Below are positions 42,388 to 52,792 of a DNA stretch of 64,000 nt, in pieces. The DNA is from Dehalococcoidia bacterium (GTDB taxonomy: Bacteria; Chloroflexota; Dehalococcoidia; DSTF01; JACRBR01): positions 88,125 to 152,124 of the forward strand of contig JAKFYB010000013.1 in assembly GCA_021731085.1 (NCBI GenBank), in the 5' to 3' direction. The position numbers and the translations under genes were made by a program. The notes under the pieces are model-generated. The model saw nothing but the letters and a program-made list of their open reading frames with translations. It had not been told where the DNA came from and did no database searches. Positions within the stretch are counted from its first letter, which is position 1, and the number at the start of each line of letters is the position of its first letter.

Positions 42388-42768
42388 TCAACGACGGGTC
42401 GCGGCCGCAGCTCGGATCGCGTCAGTGAGCGCACGATCGATTTCGTGCTTGGCGACGAAGTCGCGGGCACCGGCGATGCGCGCGCGGGTGCGTGTGTCCA
42501 GATCGTCATGGAGGCTGAGCACGACGACGGCGCAGTCTGGTGCCTCTGCTGCAAGGCGACCCGTTGCCGTGATGCCATCCATCACGGGCATCTCGATGTC
42601 CATGAGCACGACATCCGGCGACGTGAGCCGCGCCTGAACGAGCGCCGCGCCACCATCTTCCGCCTCCGACACGATGTCCATGTCGGGCTCGAGGCCAAGG
42701 CGCATGCGCAGGCCGCGGCGAATGCTTGGCTGGTCGTCGACGATGAGGACGCGGATTCGTTCGTTCAT
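42388..42768 (-). CDS. single-domain response regulator
   Basis: IVDD, MDIEMP.MDG, receiver lysine. Confidence 0.88.
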   Translation of the reverse strand: MNERIRVLIVDDQPSIRRGLRMRLGLEPDMDIVSEAEDGGAALVQARLTSPDVVLMDIEMPVMDGITATGRLAAEAPDCAVVVLSLHDDLDTRTRARIAGARDFVAKHEIDRALTDAIRAAAATRR

Positions 42769-43162
42769 CACGCTGTCATTGTCATCCGCGGAGCACTCCG
42801 GCACATCGAACGGAAGAGGCATGGGAAGGCCGACTTGCGATGGATGGCCGTCCTCCGCCTGAAGGCGGTTGTGACGTACACGAGGGTGCTGCTGGGCCAG
42901 CGGATCTGCGCCAGCCCCGTACTAATCGGCTCGACGACGCCGGCGGCAAGCGACGCTCCGTCATCTTGGCAGGAACACACACCGGTCCGAAGCTGCTGAC
43001 GGCGAACGGCTCACGGCGATCTCCGCCTAAAGACGGAGGCGGCGGAGCGGGGCGAACGCGACACTTCGACTGGAGGTGATCGATATGGGTTCTGCTACAT
43101 TGGTGCCTGAGACGCTCGCGGCGATTGGCGTCCGTCGAAGCGGACCACGGAGGCAACCGACG

Positions 43163-43801
43163 ATGCCGATTCGGATCATCATCGCCGACGACCACAGCGT
43201 CGTCCGGCAAGGCCTCAAGATGTTCCTGGGCCTCGACGAGGATCTGGAGGTCATCGGTGAGGCGGCGAACGGCGAAGAAGCCCTGAAGCTGGCGCACGAA
43301 CTGAAGCCGGACGTCGTGCTGATGGACATGCTTATGCCAGTCATGGACGGCATCACCGCCACGGGCCGCATCCGAACGGAGCTTCCGGACACCGAAGTGA
43401 TCGCCCTGACGAGCGTGCTCGAAGACAACTCAGTCGTTGGCGCGGTCAAGGCCGGGGCTATCGGCTACCTGCTGAAGGACACGGACTCCGACGAACTGCG
43501 CCGCGCCATCAAGGCCGCGGCCGCGGGCCAGGTGCAGCTCTCACCGGCGGCGGCTGCGCGGCTGGTGCGCGAAGTTCGCGCGCCGGACAGCCCACAGCAG
43601 CTCACCGAGCGCGAGGTGGACGTGCTGCGACTGCTCGCCGGCGGCAAGGCAAACAAAGAGATCGCGATGGCGCTCACGATCGGTGAGAAGACCGTCAAGA
43701 CGCACGTAAGCAACATCTTGATGAAGCTGGGTGTCCAGAGCCGCACGCAAGCGGCGCTGTATGCGGCGCAAATCGGTCTCGCACCGCTCGAGACGGCGTA
43801 G
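43163..43801 (+). CDS. NarL/LuxR-family response regulator
   Basis: Receiver domain plus LTERE...TVKTHVSNI HTH. Confidence 0.93.
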   Translation: MPIRIIIADDHSVVRQGLKMFLGLDEDLEVIGEAANGEEALKLAHELKPDVVLMDMLMPVMDGITATGRIRTELPDTEVIALTSVLEDNSVVGAVKAGAIGYLLKDTDSDELRRAIKAAAAGQVQLSPAAAARLVREVRAPDSPQQLTEREVDVLRLLAGGKANKEIAMALTIGEKTVKTHVSNILMKLGVQSRTQAALYAAQIGLAPLETA

Positions 43802-43806
43802 CGACC

Positions 43807-46800
43807 GTGGGCCTAATCCCCGATCGCCTCGGACCGAAACTGGGCCTCTTCCTCGTAGGAATGTTCGCCGTTCTTGGTGTCGCTACGGCGGCGCTGATCA
43901 TCTTCGGCTTCGAACGTACACGCAACGACGCCACACAGAGCAGCCGCGAGGGCCTCGAACAAGAGGGCCAGCGAACACTCCTGCGTTTTACAACGAGCCA
44001 GGCGGCATACGCCCAGTCACAAATGGAAGCAACGGCGGGCTTCGCGGAACAGGCGTCGTCGTACTTCACAAATGCGCGTGCCAACAGGCCCGCCGATCCG
44101 ATACCCGCGTCCGCACTCTCAACGACAGCGCAGGGCGTGCACTACGACGCCAATCCGGATCGCCAGTCTGATGTTGTCGTGCCGCCGGGAAGCGAACTCA
44201 CTGCGGCCGTGTTGGCCGATGTTGGTTCATCGGCGGTGCTCGATGATCTGTTCCCCACGTTGCTCGCTGGCTTCGGCGGGCAGGCGCGCAGTTCGAACTT
44301 CGAGCCCATCTCCATCTACTTCCAGAGCGTGAACAACGTCGCACGCATCTATCCGCGGGTGCCGGACATCGAAGACCTGCCGCCGGTCGGCGACCAACTC
44401 CGCGCTTCGACGCTCGCCGTCGGGCCGGACGAGAATCCACAGCGCGCGACGCTCTGGAGCCCGCCATACGCAGATGTCAGCGGCAGGGGCACAGTCATGT
44501 CGGCCACTGTGCCCGTGTACGACGGAAGCACGTTCATCGGCGCGATGGGCGTGGATTTTTCGCTGGCGAGGCTCGTCGCCCAGATCGAGGGCATCAAGCC
44601 CACGACGAATGGATTCGCCTTCTACATGGATGAGGGCGGCTCGCTTCTTCCCACGACAGCCCAGCCGCGCATCGAAGCTGAACTGGACGACGCACGAAAC
44701 ACCGAGTTCGCGGCCGTCATTCAGGCAGTCACAGACGGTCGAGCAGAGGTTGGTCGCGCTGAAGTGGACGGGCGCGACATGTTCATCGCCCACGTGCCGC
44801 TCCAAGGCGTCGGTGGAACGCTTGCGTTGGCCGCGCCGGTCGATGAAGTGACGCTGCAAGCGGCAGCAGTGGAGTCGACCATCGAGGACGGAAGCCGCCG
44901 GACGTTGTTCTTCGCGCTTTCCGGCATTGCGCTCGTCTTCCTTTTGACACTTGGTGTCGCCGGTTTGTTGAACCGGCGCCTCGTACTCCAGCCGATTTCG
45001 GAGATCGTGGACGGAACGCGCGCACTTGCTGCGGGCGATCTGTCGCAGGAGATCCCGGTGAGGTCGGGCGACGAGCTAGGCACGCTCGCGGCGTCGTTCA
45101 ACGGCATGACGGGCGTACTCCGCGAACGCACGGACGACTTGCGCGAGCGAGAGGAGCAATACCGCGCCGTCTTCGAGGCGAGCAGCGACGGTTTCGTCAT
45201 CACGCGCATCGACGACGGTGCAGTTGTCGACGTGAATCCGGCGATGTGCTCGATGCATGGCTACACGCGCGAGGAAATGCTGCGCCTCAGTCCCATGCAG
45301 TTCATCCACGAGGACGACCATCACCTCTTTGGAGACTACATGGCGACGGTCGCGGCTGGTGGTGACTATCGCTGCCGGGCGCGCGACGTGCGCAAGGACG
45401 GTTCGCTGTTCCACGTCGACGTCATGGGCACCCCGGTGACGTACAGGGGCACACGTCACATCCTCGGCATGGTGCGAGACATCACTGCGCAGGTCGAGAC
45501 AGAGCGCATTCTCGAAGAGCGCGTGGAGGATCGCACGAGCGAACTGGCGGCGTTGCTGCAGGTTTCGCAGTCTGTGGCGGCAGCATTGGATAGCAAGAGC
45601 GTCGCCTCGGCGATCCTGACTGAGCTGGCGAAGGTGAGTGACTACGCGGGCGCCACGCTGGCGATAGTCGAAGGCGACGATCTCGTGATCGTCGACTCAT
45701 GGGGACCGTTCCGGGAGGAAGTTGTAGGCGGCCCGACATCGCGGGTCCCACGGAGCGCGATTCCCGTTGAATTCTGGGACGCGATGGAGCAAGCCGCGCC
45801 CCTCGTTGTGGATGACGTGCGGGGAGATTCAGTGCTCGCCCAAACGTACAGGCGCGTGTTTCGGCCATTCCTGGAGTTGCCGTCGTTTGCGTACATCCGG
45901 TCATGGATAGCAGTGCCCCTCGTCCGACAGGGTCGCATCGCCGGCATGTTGACCGCATCTCACGGCCAAGCAGGACACTTCACTGAAGAGAACACTCGGC
46001 TGATTCTGGCCGCGGCGAGTCAGGCAGCCGTCGCGATGGAAAACGCGCGCCTTTTCGAGCAGACGCACGAACGTACTGGCGAGCTTCAGATTCTTGTCGA
46101 TGTCGCGCAGCAGCTTTCCTCGACGATCGAACTGGATCCACTACTCGCGGTTGTACTCGACCAAGTGCAAAAAGTGGCGGAGTACGACCGCGTGTCCGTG
46201 CTACTGGCGGACGAAGAAGGGACCTTGCAGGTTCATACCACGCTGCGGCGTGCCGGTGACGAGAATCTGGGCGCGCCGCCGGGAGCCAAGTTCCCGCGTT
46301 CGACGGGACCGCTGTTCTGGGCGACGTTCGAACGCGGGCAGGCGGTCGTGATCGAAGACGTCCGTGCGGATACGCCGCTCGCTGCGGAGTATCGCAGCGC
46401 TGCGGCGCCACAGACTGATGCGACGCTCGCTGCGACGCGTTCCTGGATGGGCGTGCCCATGCTTGCGAATGACCGTCTGATCGGCATTCTGGCACTAACG
46501 AGCAGCGTGGTGTCGGCATACACGGAGAGGCAAGGCCAGCTCGCGACGGCGATCGCCAGCCAAGCAGCCGTCGCAATCGAGAACGCACGCCTATTCAGTG
46601 AAGCGGAGGAACGAACGCGCGAGCTCTCGACGCTGCTCGATGTTTCGAGAAACGTCGCCTCAACGATTGAACTAGAACCCCTGCTGAACCTGATCCTCGA
46701 TCAGGTCAAGGTAGTCGCACCGTTCTATCGCTCGGCGTTCATGGTGCTTGATGGCGATGACCTGGAGGTCGTCGCTGTCGGCACGCGTCAGGGCGCCGAA

Positions 46801-49800
46801 GATCCTTCCTACGTGAACCAGCTGGGCGTTCGCGTGCAGGCAGTCGGCTCGCCGATCTGGCAGCGCATGGACGCCGGTACACCATTCGTGATCGATGATA
46901 TCCACGGAGACTCACCTGAAGCGATCGGCTACCGGATGGCGGTTGGCGCTGATGCCGATACAACGTTCGCGAACATGCGGGGGTGGATGGGCGTGCCGAT
47001 CATGTTGAAGGATCGCGCCATCGGCATGTTGGCGCTCGGCAGCGACCAGCCGAACTTCTACACAGAGCAGCATGCACGACTCGCGCGGGCCGTCACCGAT
47101 CAGGCGGCCGTCGCAATCGAGAACGCTAGGCTGTTCGAGCAAACAGGTCATCAGCACCGCGAATCTGCGGCACTGCTCCAAATCTCGAACAGCCTGACCT
47201 CGACGCTGGACCTGGAACAGCTCGTTCACGTGATCCTGGAACAGTTGCATAGTGTCGTCGAGTACACGGGGTCGTCCGTGACTATCGTGAGCGGCGGCCA
47301 GCTGGAGGTCCTTGCATCGCGTGTGCTCGATCCGCCCAACACGCCCAACATTCGTGGAGCGCGGTTCAACCTGGATCAGGATTCAGAGACATGGCGAGCC
47401 TTTCGTCGCCTGGAGACTGTCGTCATCAGCGATATCTACGACGACACGACATTCGCGAAGGAGTATCGCGGTACCGTCGGGCGCCAGACGCTGCAGACTC
47501 CAACATTCGGGAGCATCAGGTCGTGGATGGCGGTGCCGCTCGCGATCAAGGGGGAGGTTATCGGCATGCTGTCGCTCTCCCGCAACGAGATCGGCTATTT
47601 CACGCCGGAACATACGCGTGTCGCTTCGGCCGTGGGTAAGCAGGCGGCCCTCGCGATCGAAAATGCACGGCTCTATCAGCACGCGGCTGAACGCACCGAA
47701 GAACTGTCGACGCTCCTCGACGTTTCGAGCGCCGTAGCATCAACGATTGAGTTGCAGCCGCTGTTGGACGTGATCCTGGAGCAGATTCATCGCGTCGCGT
47801 CGTACGACGGCGCAACGTTCTTCATCCTGCACGGCGACAGGCTGCGTGCGGAGTCCTTCGTCACACAGGACGACCCGAACATCGACCTCACGACGATCGG
47901 CCTCGAGATTCCGGTCGCCGGCTCCCAACTGTGGGACATGGCATCGCACGGTGAGACGATGATCATCGATGATATCTACGCCGACACACCAACAGCGGCA
48001 GCTTTTCGGGCGATCGCCGGGCCCGCGCTCAAGACGCGATTCCAGCGCATTAAGTCGTGGCTCGGTATTCCGCTGATGCGTGGCGGAAAGCCGATCGGCC
48101 TGTTGGCTCTCTCCGGCCACACCCAGGGAGTGTTCGACGTCACGGATGCTCGTCTCGCGCGAGCCGTCGCAGATCGCGCCGCACTCGCGATTGAGAACGC
48201 GAGGCTCTTTACCGAAGCGTCAGATCGCACGCGCGAGCTTTCGGCGCTTCTGGACATCTCGAAGGGGATTGCGTCAACGCTGGATCGCGGACCCCTGGTC
48301 GGGGCGATTCTCGACCAGTTGAAGGAACTCGTCGACAACAACGGAGCATCCATCATGCTGCGCAATGGCGACGTTCTTGAGATCGTGGACTACGACCGAT
48401 CCGTGCCTCGAAATGCCGCGAGCGTGCAGATTCCAGCGAGCTTCCCCATTGCGAACATGGCGCCGTTGTGGGCTTCCATGCTCGCCGGAGACAGCGTGAC
48501 CGTGAGGGACATGCAAGCGAACGATGGCGCGCGTGATGTCTTCCGGCAGGCCGTCGGCGAGAGCCTGCTGACTGGCGCCCTGAGTCACGTACGAGCGATG
48601 CTCGCTGTGCCACTTATCGTCCACGACGACGTCATAGGTACGCTCACGATCTCCAACCAAGTCCCAGGGTTCTTCACGGAGGAACATGCGCGGGTGGCGC
48701 GTGCCGTCGCCGACCAGGCAGCGCTCGCCCTCGAGAACGCCCGGCTGTACGAGGAGACGAGCCGGCGAGCACGCGAGACCGAAGCACTACTACGCGCCGA
48801 TGCTGAGCTGTTCCGGTCGTTGAGCCTCGATGACGTCTTTCAGGCGCTGTGCGATGTCGCGGTCGATGTGCTTGGTGTCAGCAAGTGCATGGTGACAACG
48901 ATCCACGACACCACCGGGCGCTACACGACGCGTGCCTCCCGAGGCGTGTCGCAGACGGCGCTCGCGCAAATGGCCCGGGTCCGTGACCGGCAACCGCGCG
49001 TCGTGCTGGGGTCTATGACCACGCCAATCGTCACGCCGGACGCACGGGCGGCGCTTCCAGAGATGGCTGGCATTTTCGAGATGGAGGGCATCATCTCGAC
49101 AATGGACGTACCGATCAGGATCGAAGGCCAGGTGCGCGGAGACTTTGCGCTGGCGTACACACGGCGCCACCAACCCGGAGCCGACGAGCAACGGCTGTTT
49201 CAAGCGCTTGCCGACCGCGCGGCAATCGCGATCCAGAACGCCGAGCTGTACGAACGCTCGCAGCAGGTGGCGTCGCTCGAGGAGCGCCAGCGGCTGGCAC
49301 GCGAACTGCACGACTCCGTATCGCAGGCGTTGTACGGCATCGCACTCGGGGCACGTACGGCGCGTACGCAACTCGACCGCGATCCGGTGAAGGCAGTCGA
49401 GCCGGTGGAGTACGTGCTCCAGCTAGCGGAGGCGGGGTTGGCCGAAATGCGCGCGCTGATCTTCGAACTGCGGCCTGAGTCGCTGCAGACGGAGGGCCTG
49501 GTGGCGGCGATCGAGAAGCATGTGGCGTCAACAAAGGCGCGCTATGGCCTGGAGGTTAATGCACAACTGGGCGTCGAGCCCGACGTCCGTCTCGACGTGA
49601 AAGAGGCGCTCTATCGCGTGACGCAGGAAGCGTTGCACAACATTGTGAAGCACGCGCAGGCGCGCCACGTCGATGTGCGGCTGGCTACAGCACATGGGGA
49701 CATCACGCTGGAGGTAAGCGACGACGGTCGTGGGTTCGACCCACAGGGTTCGTATCCCGGTCACGTCGGCTTACACTCCATGCGGGAACGCGTCGAGAAG

Positions 49801-49881
49801 CTGCACGGCACGATCGGCATCGAAAGCGCGCCCGGCGCGGGATCCAAGGTGAAGGTGCGCATTCCACTCAACGGTGTTTAG
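43807..49881 (+). CDS. sensor histidine kinase: Cache-HAMP-PAS-7xGAF-HisKA_3-HATPase
   Basis: Two TM segments; DELG HAMP; PAS; seven A.ENARL-type GAF ends; ERQRLARELHDS; DDGRGF. Confidence 0.92.
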   Translation: MGLIPDRLGPKLGLFLVGMFAVLGVATAALIIFGFERTRNDATQSSREGLEQEGQRTLLRFTTSQAAYAQSQMEATAGFAEQASSYFTNARANRPADPIPASALSTTAQGVHYDANPDRQSDVVVPPGSELTAAVLADVGSSAVLDDLFPTLLAGFGGQARSSNFEPISIYFQSVNNVARIYPRVPDIEDLPPVGDQLRASTLAVGPDENPQRATLWSPPYADVSGRGTVMSATVPVYDGSTFIGAMGVDFSLARLVAQIEGIKPTTNGFAFYMDEGGSLLPTTAQPRIEAELDDARNTEFAAVIQAVTDGRAEVGRAEVDGRDMFIAHVPLQGVGGTLALAAPVDEVTLQAAAVESTIEDGSRRTLFFALSGIALVFLLTLGVAGLLNRRLVLQPISEIVDGTRALAAGDLSQEIPVRSGDELGTLAASFNGMTGVLRERTDDLREREEQYRAVFEASSDGFVITRIDDGAVVDVNPAMCSMHGYTREEMLRLSPMQFIHEDDHHLFGDYMATVAAGGDYRCRARDVRKDGSLFHVDVMGTPVTYRGTRHILGMVRDITAQVETERILEERVEDRTSELAALLQVSQSVAAALDSKSVASAILTELAKVSDYAGATLAIVEGDDLVIVDSWGPFREEVVGGPTSRVPRSAIPVEFWDAMEQAAPLVVDDVRGDSVLAQTYRRVFRPFLELPSFAYIRSWIAVPLVRQGRIAGMLTASHGQAGHFTEENTRLILAAASQAAVAMENARLFEQTHERTGELQILVDVAQQLSSTIELDPLLAVVLDQVQKVAEYDRVSVLLADEEGTLQVHTTLRRAGDENLGAPPGAKFPRSTGPLFWATFERGQAVVIEDVRADTPLAAEYRSAAAPQTDATLAATRSWMGVPMLANDRLIGILALTSSVVSAYTERQGQLATAIASQAAVAIENARLFSEAEERTRELSTLLDVSRNVASTIELEPLLNLILDQVKVVAPFYRSAFMVLDGDDLEVVAVGTRQGAEDPSYVNQLGVRVQAVGSPIWQRMDAGTPFVIDDIHGDSPEAIGYRMAVGADADTTFANMRGWMGVPIMLKDRAIGMLALGSDQPNFYTEQHARLARAVTDQAAVAIENARLFEQTGHQHRESAALLQISNSLTSTLDLEQLVHVILEQLHSVVEYTGSSVTIVSGGQLEVLASRVLDPPNTPNIRGARFNLDQDSETWRAFRRLETVVISDIYDDTTFAKEYRGTVGRQTLQTPTFGSIRSWMAVPLAIKGEVIGMLSLSRNEIGYFTPEHTRVASAVGKQAALAIENARLYQHAAERTEELSTLLDVSSAVASTIELQPLLDVILEQIHRVASYDGATFFILHGDRLRAESFVTQDDPNIDLTTIGLEIPVAGSQLWDMASHGETMIIDDIYADTPTAAAFRAIAGPALKTRFQRIKSWLGIPLMRGGKPIGLLALSGHTQGVFDVTDARLARAVADRAALAIENARLFTEASDRTRELSALLDISKGIASTLDRGPLVGAILDQLKELVDNNGASIMLRNGDVLEIVDYDRSVPRNAASVQIPASFPIANMAPLWASMLAGDSVTVRDMQANDGARDVFRQAVGESLLTGALSHVRAMLAVPLIVHDDVIGTLTISNQVPGFFTEEHARVARAVADQAALALENARLYEETSRRARETEALLRADAELFRSLSLDDVFQALCDVAVDVLGVSKCMVTTIHDTTGRYTTRASRGVSQTALAQMARVRDRQPRVVLGSMTTPIVTPDARAALPEMAGIFEMEGIISTMDVPIRIEGQVRGDFALAYTRRHQPGADEQRLFQALADRAAIAIQNAELYERSQQVASLEERQRLARELHDSVSQALYGIALGARTARTQLDRDPVKAVEPVEYVLQLAEAGLAEMRALIFELRPESLQTEGLVAAIEKHVASTKARYGLEVNAQLGVEPDVRLDVKEALYRVTQEALHNIVKHAQARHVDVRLATAHGDITLEVSDDGRGFDPQGSYPGHVGLHSMRERVEKLHGTIGIESAPGAGSKVKVRIPLNGV

Positions 49882-49884
49882 CGG

Positions 49885-52200
49885 CTAGAGACCGAACATC
49901 CAGAGCGCGCGAGACAGCGCCGCGCCGCGTGTGTGGTCGAACCAGAGGCGTGGCGGCGTCATCGCGATGCGTGCGCGCCACGTTGACACCAGACTGCTCA
50001 GAAGTGAAGGAACGGCGACAGACGCTGGGCGCTCTGGCGCAGCCACCGGCGGAAGGCCGACCACGGGAGGCGCCGTATCAAGCGCGGGGTCCGGTTCGGC
50101 ACGCACATCGCCTGACGGTACCCCACCGTGTGAGGATGATTTGTTATCGACGGGTGGACCCGGGATGACGGCGACGGGTGGATCTTCTGGTGAAGCTCCG
50201 ACTTCGGGCCTGAACGTCGCTACATACACCGTGCTTGAGGTTGGCGTCGTGATCGTGTGCGTTTGGGCGCCGCCGTCAGACCACGACTGGAACGTCCACG
50301 GAACGAACGCGTAGGTCTGTGGTGAGGACGTCCCGATACTGCGCTGCATGCCATGCACGCTGCTAAAGGTGTACGGCGACGTAAACGGCTGGCCATCGAC
50401 CGTCATCTGCAGGCCACCTCGGTTCGCGCCGACGGTGATCTGCGACACGCGCGGGACAATGTCGCGCTGCATAACGTGCGTCATGTTGCCCGAGTCGCGA
50501 ACCGTGAGATAGATGCGGTACGAGACGTTCGTCGCCGTCTCGCCCGATGTTGGTATGACGAAGGAACCTGTTTTGGAGCCAGTCGTTGCGGCGACGAACG
50601 GATGCGTGTGCGAGGCGTGATGGAAGTCGACCTGCCAGGTGAACGCCGACGCAGGCAGCGTTCCATCCTGCGTGTCGGTACCGGTGCCTGAGAAGTTGAT
50701 CGTCGTACCGGCAGCGTACGTCGTGCCAGCCGTCGGCGCCGTGATTGATGCTACTGGAGCCGTGTTCGCGGTGACGGTCAGTGTCGCGGAGTTGCTGGTC
50801 GCCGTGCCAAAGCTATTCGTCGCGCGACAACGGAAGGTCGCGCCGTTGTCGCCTGTGGTTGTGGCAGAAATCGTATACGTGGTCGACGTCGCGCCGGTGA
50901 TGTTCGAGCCATTGCGCTGCCACTGATACGCAATGGTCGCGGCGCCGCTCGCTGCGCACGAGAATGACGCCGGTTGTCCGGCAGTGACGGTCGTGCTCGC
51001 CGGATGCTGCGTGATCGTAGGCGCCTGGCTGGCGGTGTAGTAGATACGACGAACGCCACCGCCCGACCGATAGAGGTAATACAGACTGCCGTCGCTCGAC
51101 ACCTGAAGATCGACGGGGGATCCGGCGTCTGTTGCGAAGCCGGCCGCCGTGTTCGTAGCCGGGTCGTACGTACGTATCCACGACGAGCAGTAGTCGGCGA
51201 AGAAGTACTTGCCGGTGTAGGTCGCAGGAAACTGCGCCGTCGGTGGATTGTAGAACGCGCCACCGGTGATCGCGCACCCGTTGACGGTGCCGCTGTGGCC
51301 GTAGACGTGCAGCGGACCGCGGAACTCCGGATCAGACGTCGCTCCTTCGGTGTCGGGCCAGCCGTAGTTAGATCCTGCGAGACCGTCGTTGATCTCTTCC
51401 CAGGCGCTCTGGCCGACGTCGTTGATGAACATGCGGCCCGTTCCCGGCTGGAACGCGAACGTAAACGGGTTGCGGAGGCCATACGCCCAGATCATGCGGT
51501 CGTTGCCGCTCAGGTCGCCGTAGTACGGATTGTCGGTTGGGATGGTGCCGTCCTTGTTGAGACGCAGCATCTTGCCATGCAGCGTGTCGAGCGCCTGGGC
51601 GTTCGCACCGTTAGCATTGTCACCGACAGCGACGTAGAGCTTGCCATCGGAGCCAAAGTGAATGGCGCCGCCGTTGTGGTTCGTCGCGCCGCTGAGCGTA
51701 TCGAGATTCAGGATCTGCACTTCCGAGCCACCAACAGCCACGTCTCCGTTCGCGGTGAATCGACTGATCCTGTTGCGCAGCGGCGCTCCTGACGTCGTGT
51801 AGTACAGGTAGACGTAGTTGTTCGACGCAAAACTTGGGTCGAACGCGATTCCGAGCAGGCCGCGCTCGCCAGACGAGTTCACGGACAGCGTCACAAACGG
51901 CGTAGCGAGCAGTGCGCCATTCTTGATCACACGCAGCGCACCTGTCTGCTCTGCGACAAACAGCCGGCCATCCGGCGCGAAGGCCATTGCCGTCGGGCTC
52001 GACATGCCAGATGCGATCGTCTGCTCAGCGAAGCCTGAGGGAAGCGTGGCCGCGATGCCGATGACGCCTTCGTCGGTATCCGGCTCACCGGCCGCGGTGC
52101 GGGAGGTGCTTGCCGAAAGGAGAACCAGGACGGTCATCGCAAGGATGCCGATGCGCAGTGTGTGTCGGCGAAGCGACTCTGCGGCTCGCGTCTGCGCCAT
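49885..52200 (-). CDS. secreted PQQ-dependent sugar dehydrogenase with Ig-like domains
   Basis: GERGLLG, NHNGG, YGLRNPF, NYGWP; ITQHP Ig domain. Confidence 0.85.
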   Translation of the reverse strand: MAQTRAAESLRRHTLRIGILAMTVLVLLSASTSRTAAGEPDTDEGVIGIAATLPSGFAEQTIASGMSSPTAMAFAPDGRLFVAEQTGALRVIKNGALLATPFVTLSVNSSGERGLLGIAFDPSFASNNYVYLYYTTSGAPLRNRISRFTANGDVAVGGSEVQILNLDTLSGATNHNGGAIHFGSDGKLYVAVGDNANGANAQALDTLHGKMLRLNKDGTIPTDNPYYGDLSGNDRMIWAYGLRNPFTFAFQPGTGRMFINDVGQSAWEEINDGLAGSNYGWPDTEGATSDPEFRGPLHVYGHSGTVNGCAITGGAFYNPPTAQFPATYTGKYFFADYCSSWIRTYDPATNTAAGFATDAGSPVDLQVSSDGSLYYLYRSGGGVRRIYYTASQAPTITQHPASTTVTAGQPASFSCAASGAATIAYQWQRNGSNITGATSTTYTISATTTGDNGATFRCRATNSFGTATSNSATLTVTANTAPVASITAPTAGTTYAAGTTINFSGTGTDTQDGTLPASAFTWQVDFHHASHTHPFVAATTGSKTGSFVIPTSGETATNVSYRIYLTVRDSGNMTHVMQRDIVPRVSQITVGANRGGLQMTVDGQPFTSPYTFSSVHGMQRSIGTSSPQTYAFVPWTFQSWSDGGAQTHTITTPTSSTVYVATFRPEVGASPEDPPVAVIPGPPVDNKSSSHGGVPSGDVRAEPDPALDTAPPVVGLPPVAAPERPASVAVPSLLSSLVSTWRARIAMTPPRLWFDHTRGAALSRALWMFGL

Positions 52201-52404
52201 ACTCCCCCATCCGACGATCCGCCCACGCCGTGTGCGCGAGCCGAAAGACGAGCAACTCATCCGGATGCCCCAAAACCCTCCTCTAGCTATCGGCCGTGCG
52301 TGTCTCTTCCGTAGACTGGCAGGACGGGAGCAGTTGCCGCCAACTACGCTCAGATTCGTGCGCAGAATCCCTGATTTCAGATTTGCAGGCAGAGGAGTAG
52401 GATC

Positions 52405-52767
52405 ATGTCCGGCTTCGACCCGAACTCGAACCACTGCTACATCACCACGATCGGGCGCATCACCGGAAAACCGCACACCGTCGAAATCTGGTTCGCGGCG
52501 GTCGATGACACGCTGTATGTGCTCGCAGGCAGCGGTGAACGCGCAGACTTCGTGCGCAATGCTCGCAAGACGCCCGAAGTGACCGTCCGTGTTGGTGAGA
52601 GGGCAGCCATGGAGCGCAACGCAACTGCCCGCGTCGTCACCAAGCAGACGGAAGAAGCCCTCGCTCGTCGGTTATTGCTGGCGAAGTACGCCTCACACAG
52701 CGATCTGGATGAGTGGGGGAGGACGGCGCTGCCCGTTGCATTCGATCTTGCGAACGCGCATCTGTGA
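52405..52767 (+). CDS. deazaflavin-dependent nitroreductase-like protein
   Basis: TTIGRITGKPH..EIWF, FVRNA..TPEV. Confidence 0.8.
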   Translation: MSGFDPNSNHCYITTIGRITGKPHTVEIWFAAVDDTLYVLAGSGERADFVRNARKTPEVTVRVGERAAMERNATARVVTKQTEEALARRLLLAKYASHSDLDEWGRTALPVAFDLANAHL

Positions 52768-52792
52768 GGGCATCGTCGCCACGAGCAACCTT

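Noticed and set aside
42840..43162. 79-aa ORF, or an upstream GGAGGT-led start extending the NarL regulator
   Set aside because: No recognisable homology; the receiver domain begins at ATG 43163 with its own GGAGG, though an upstream start cannot be excluded
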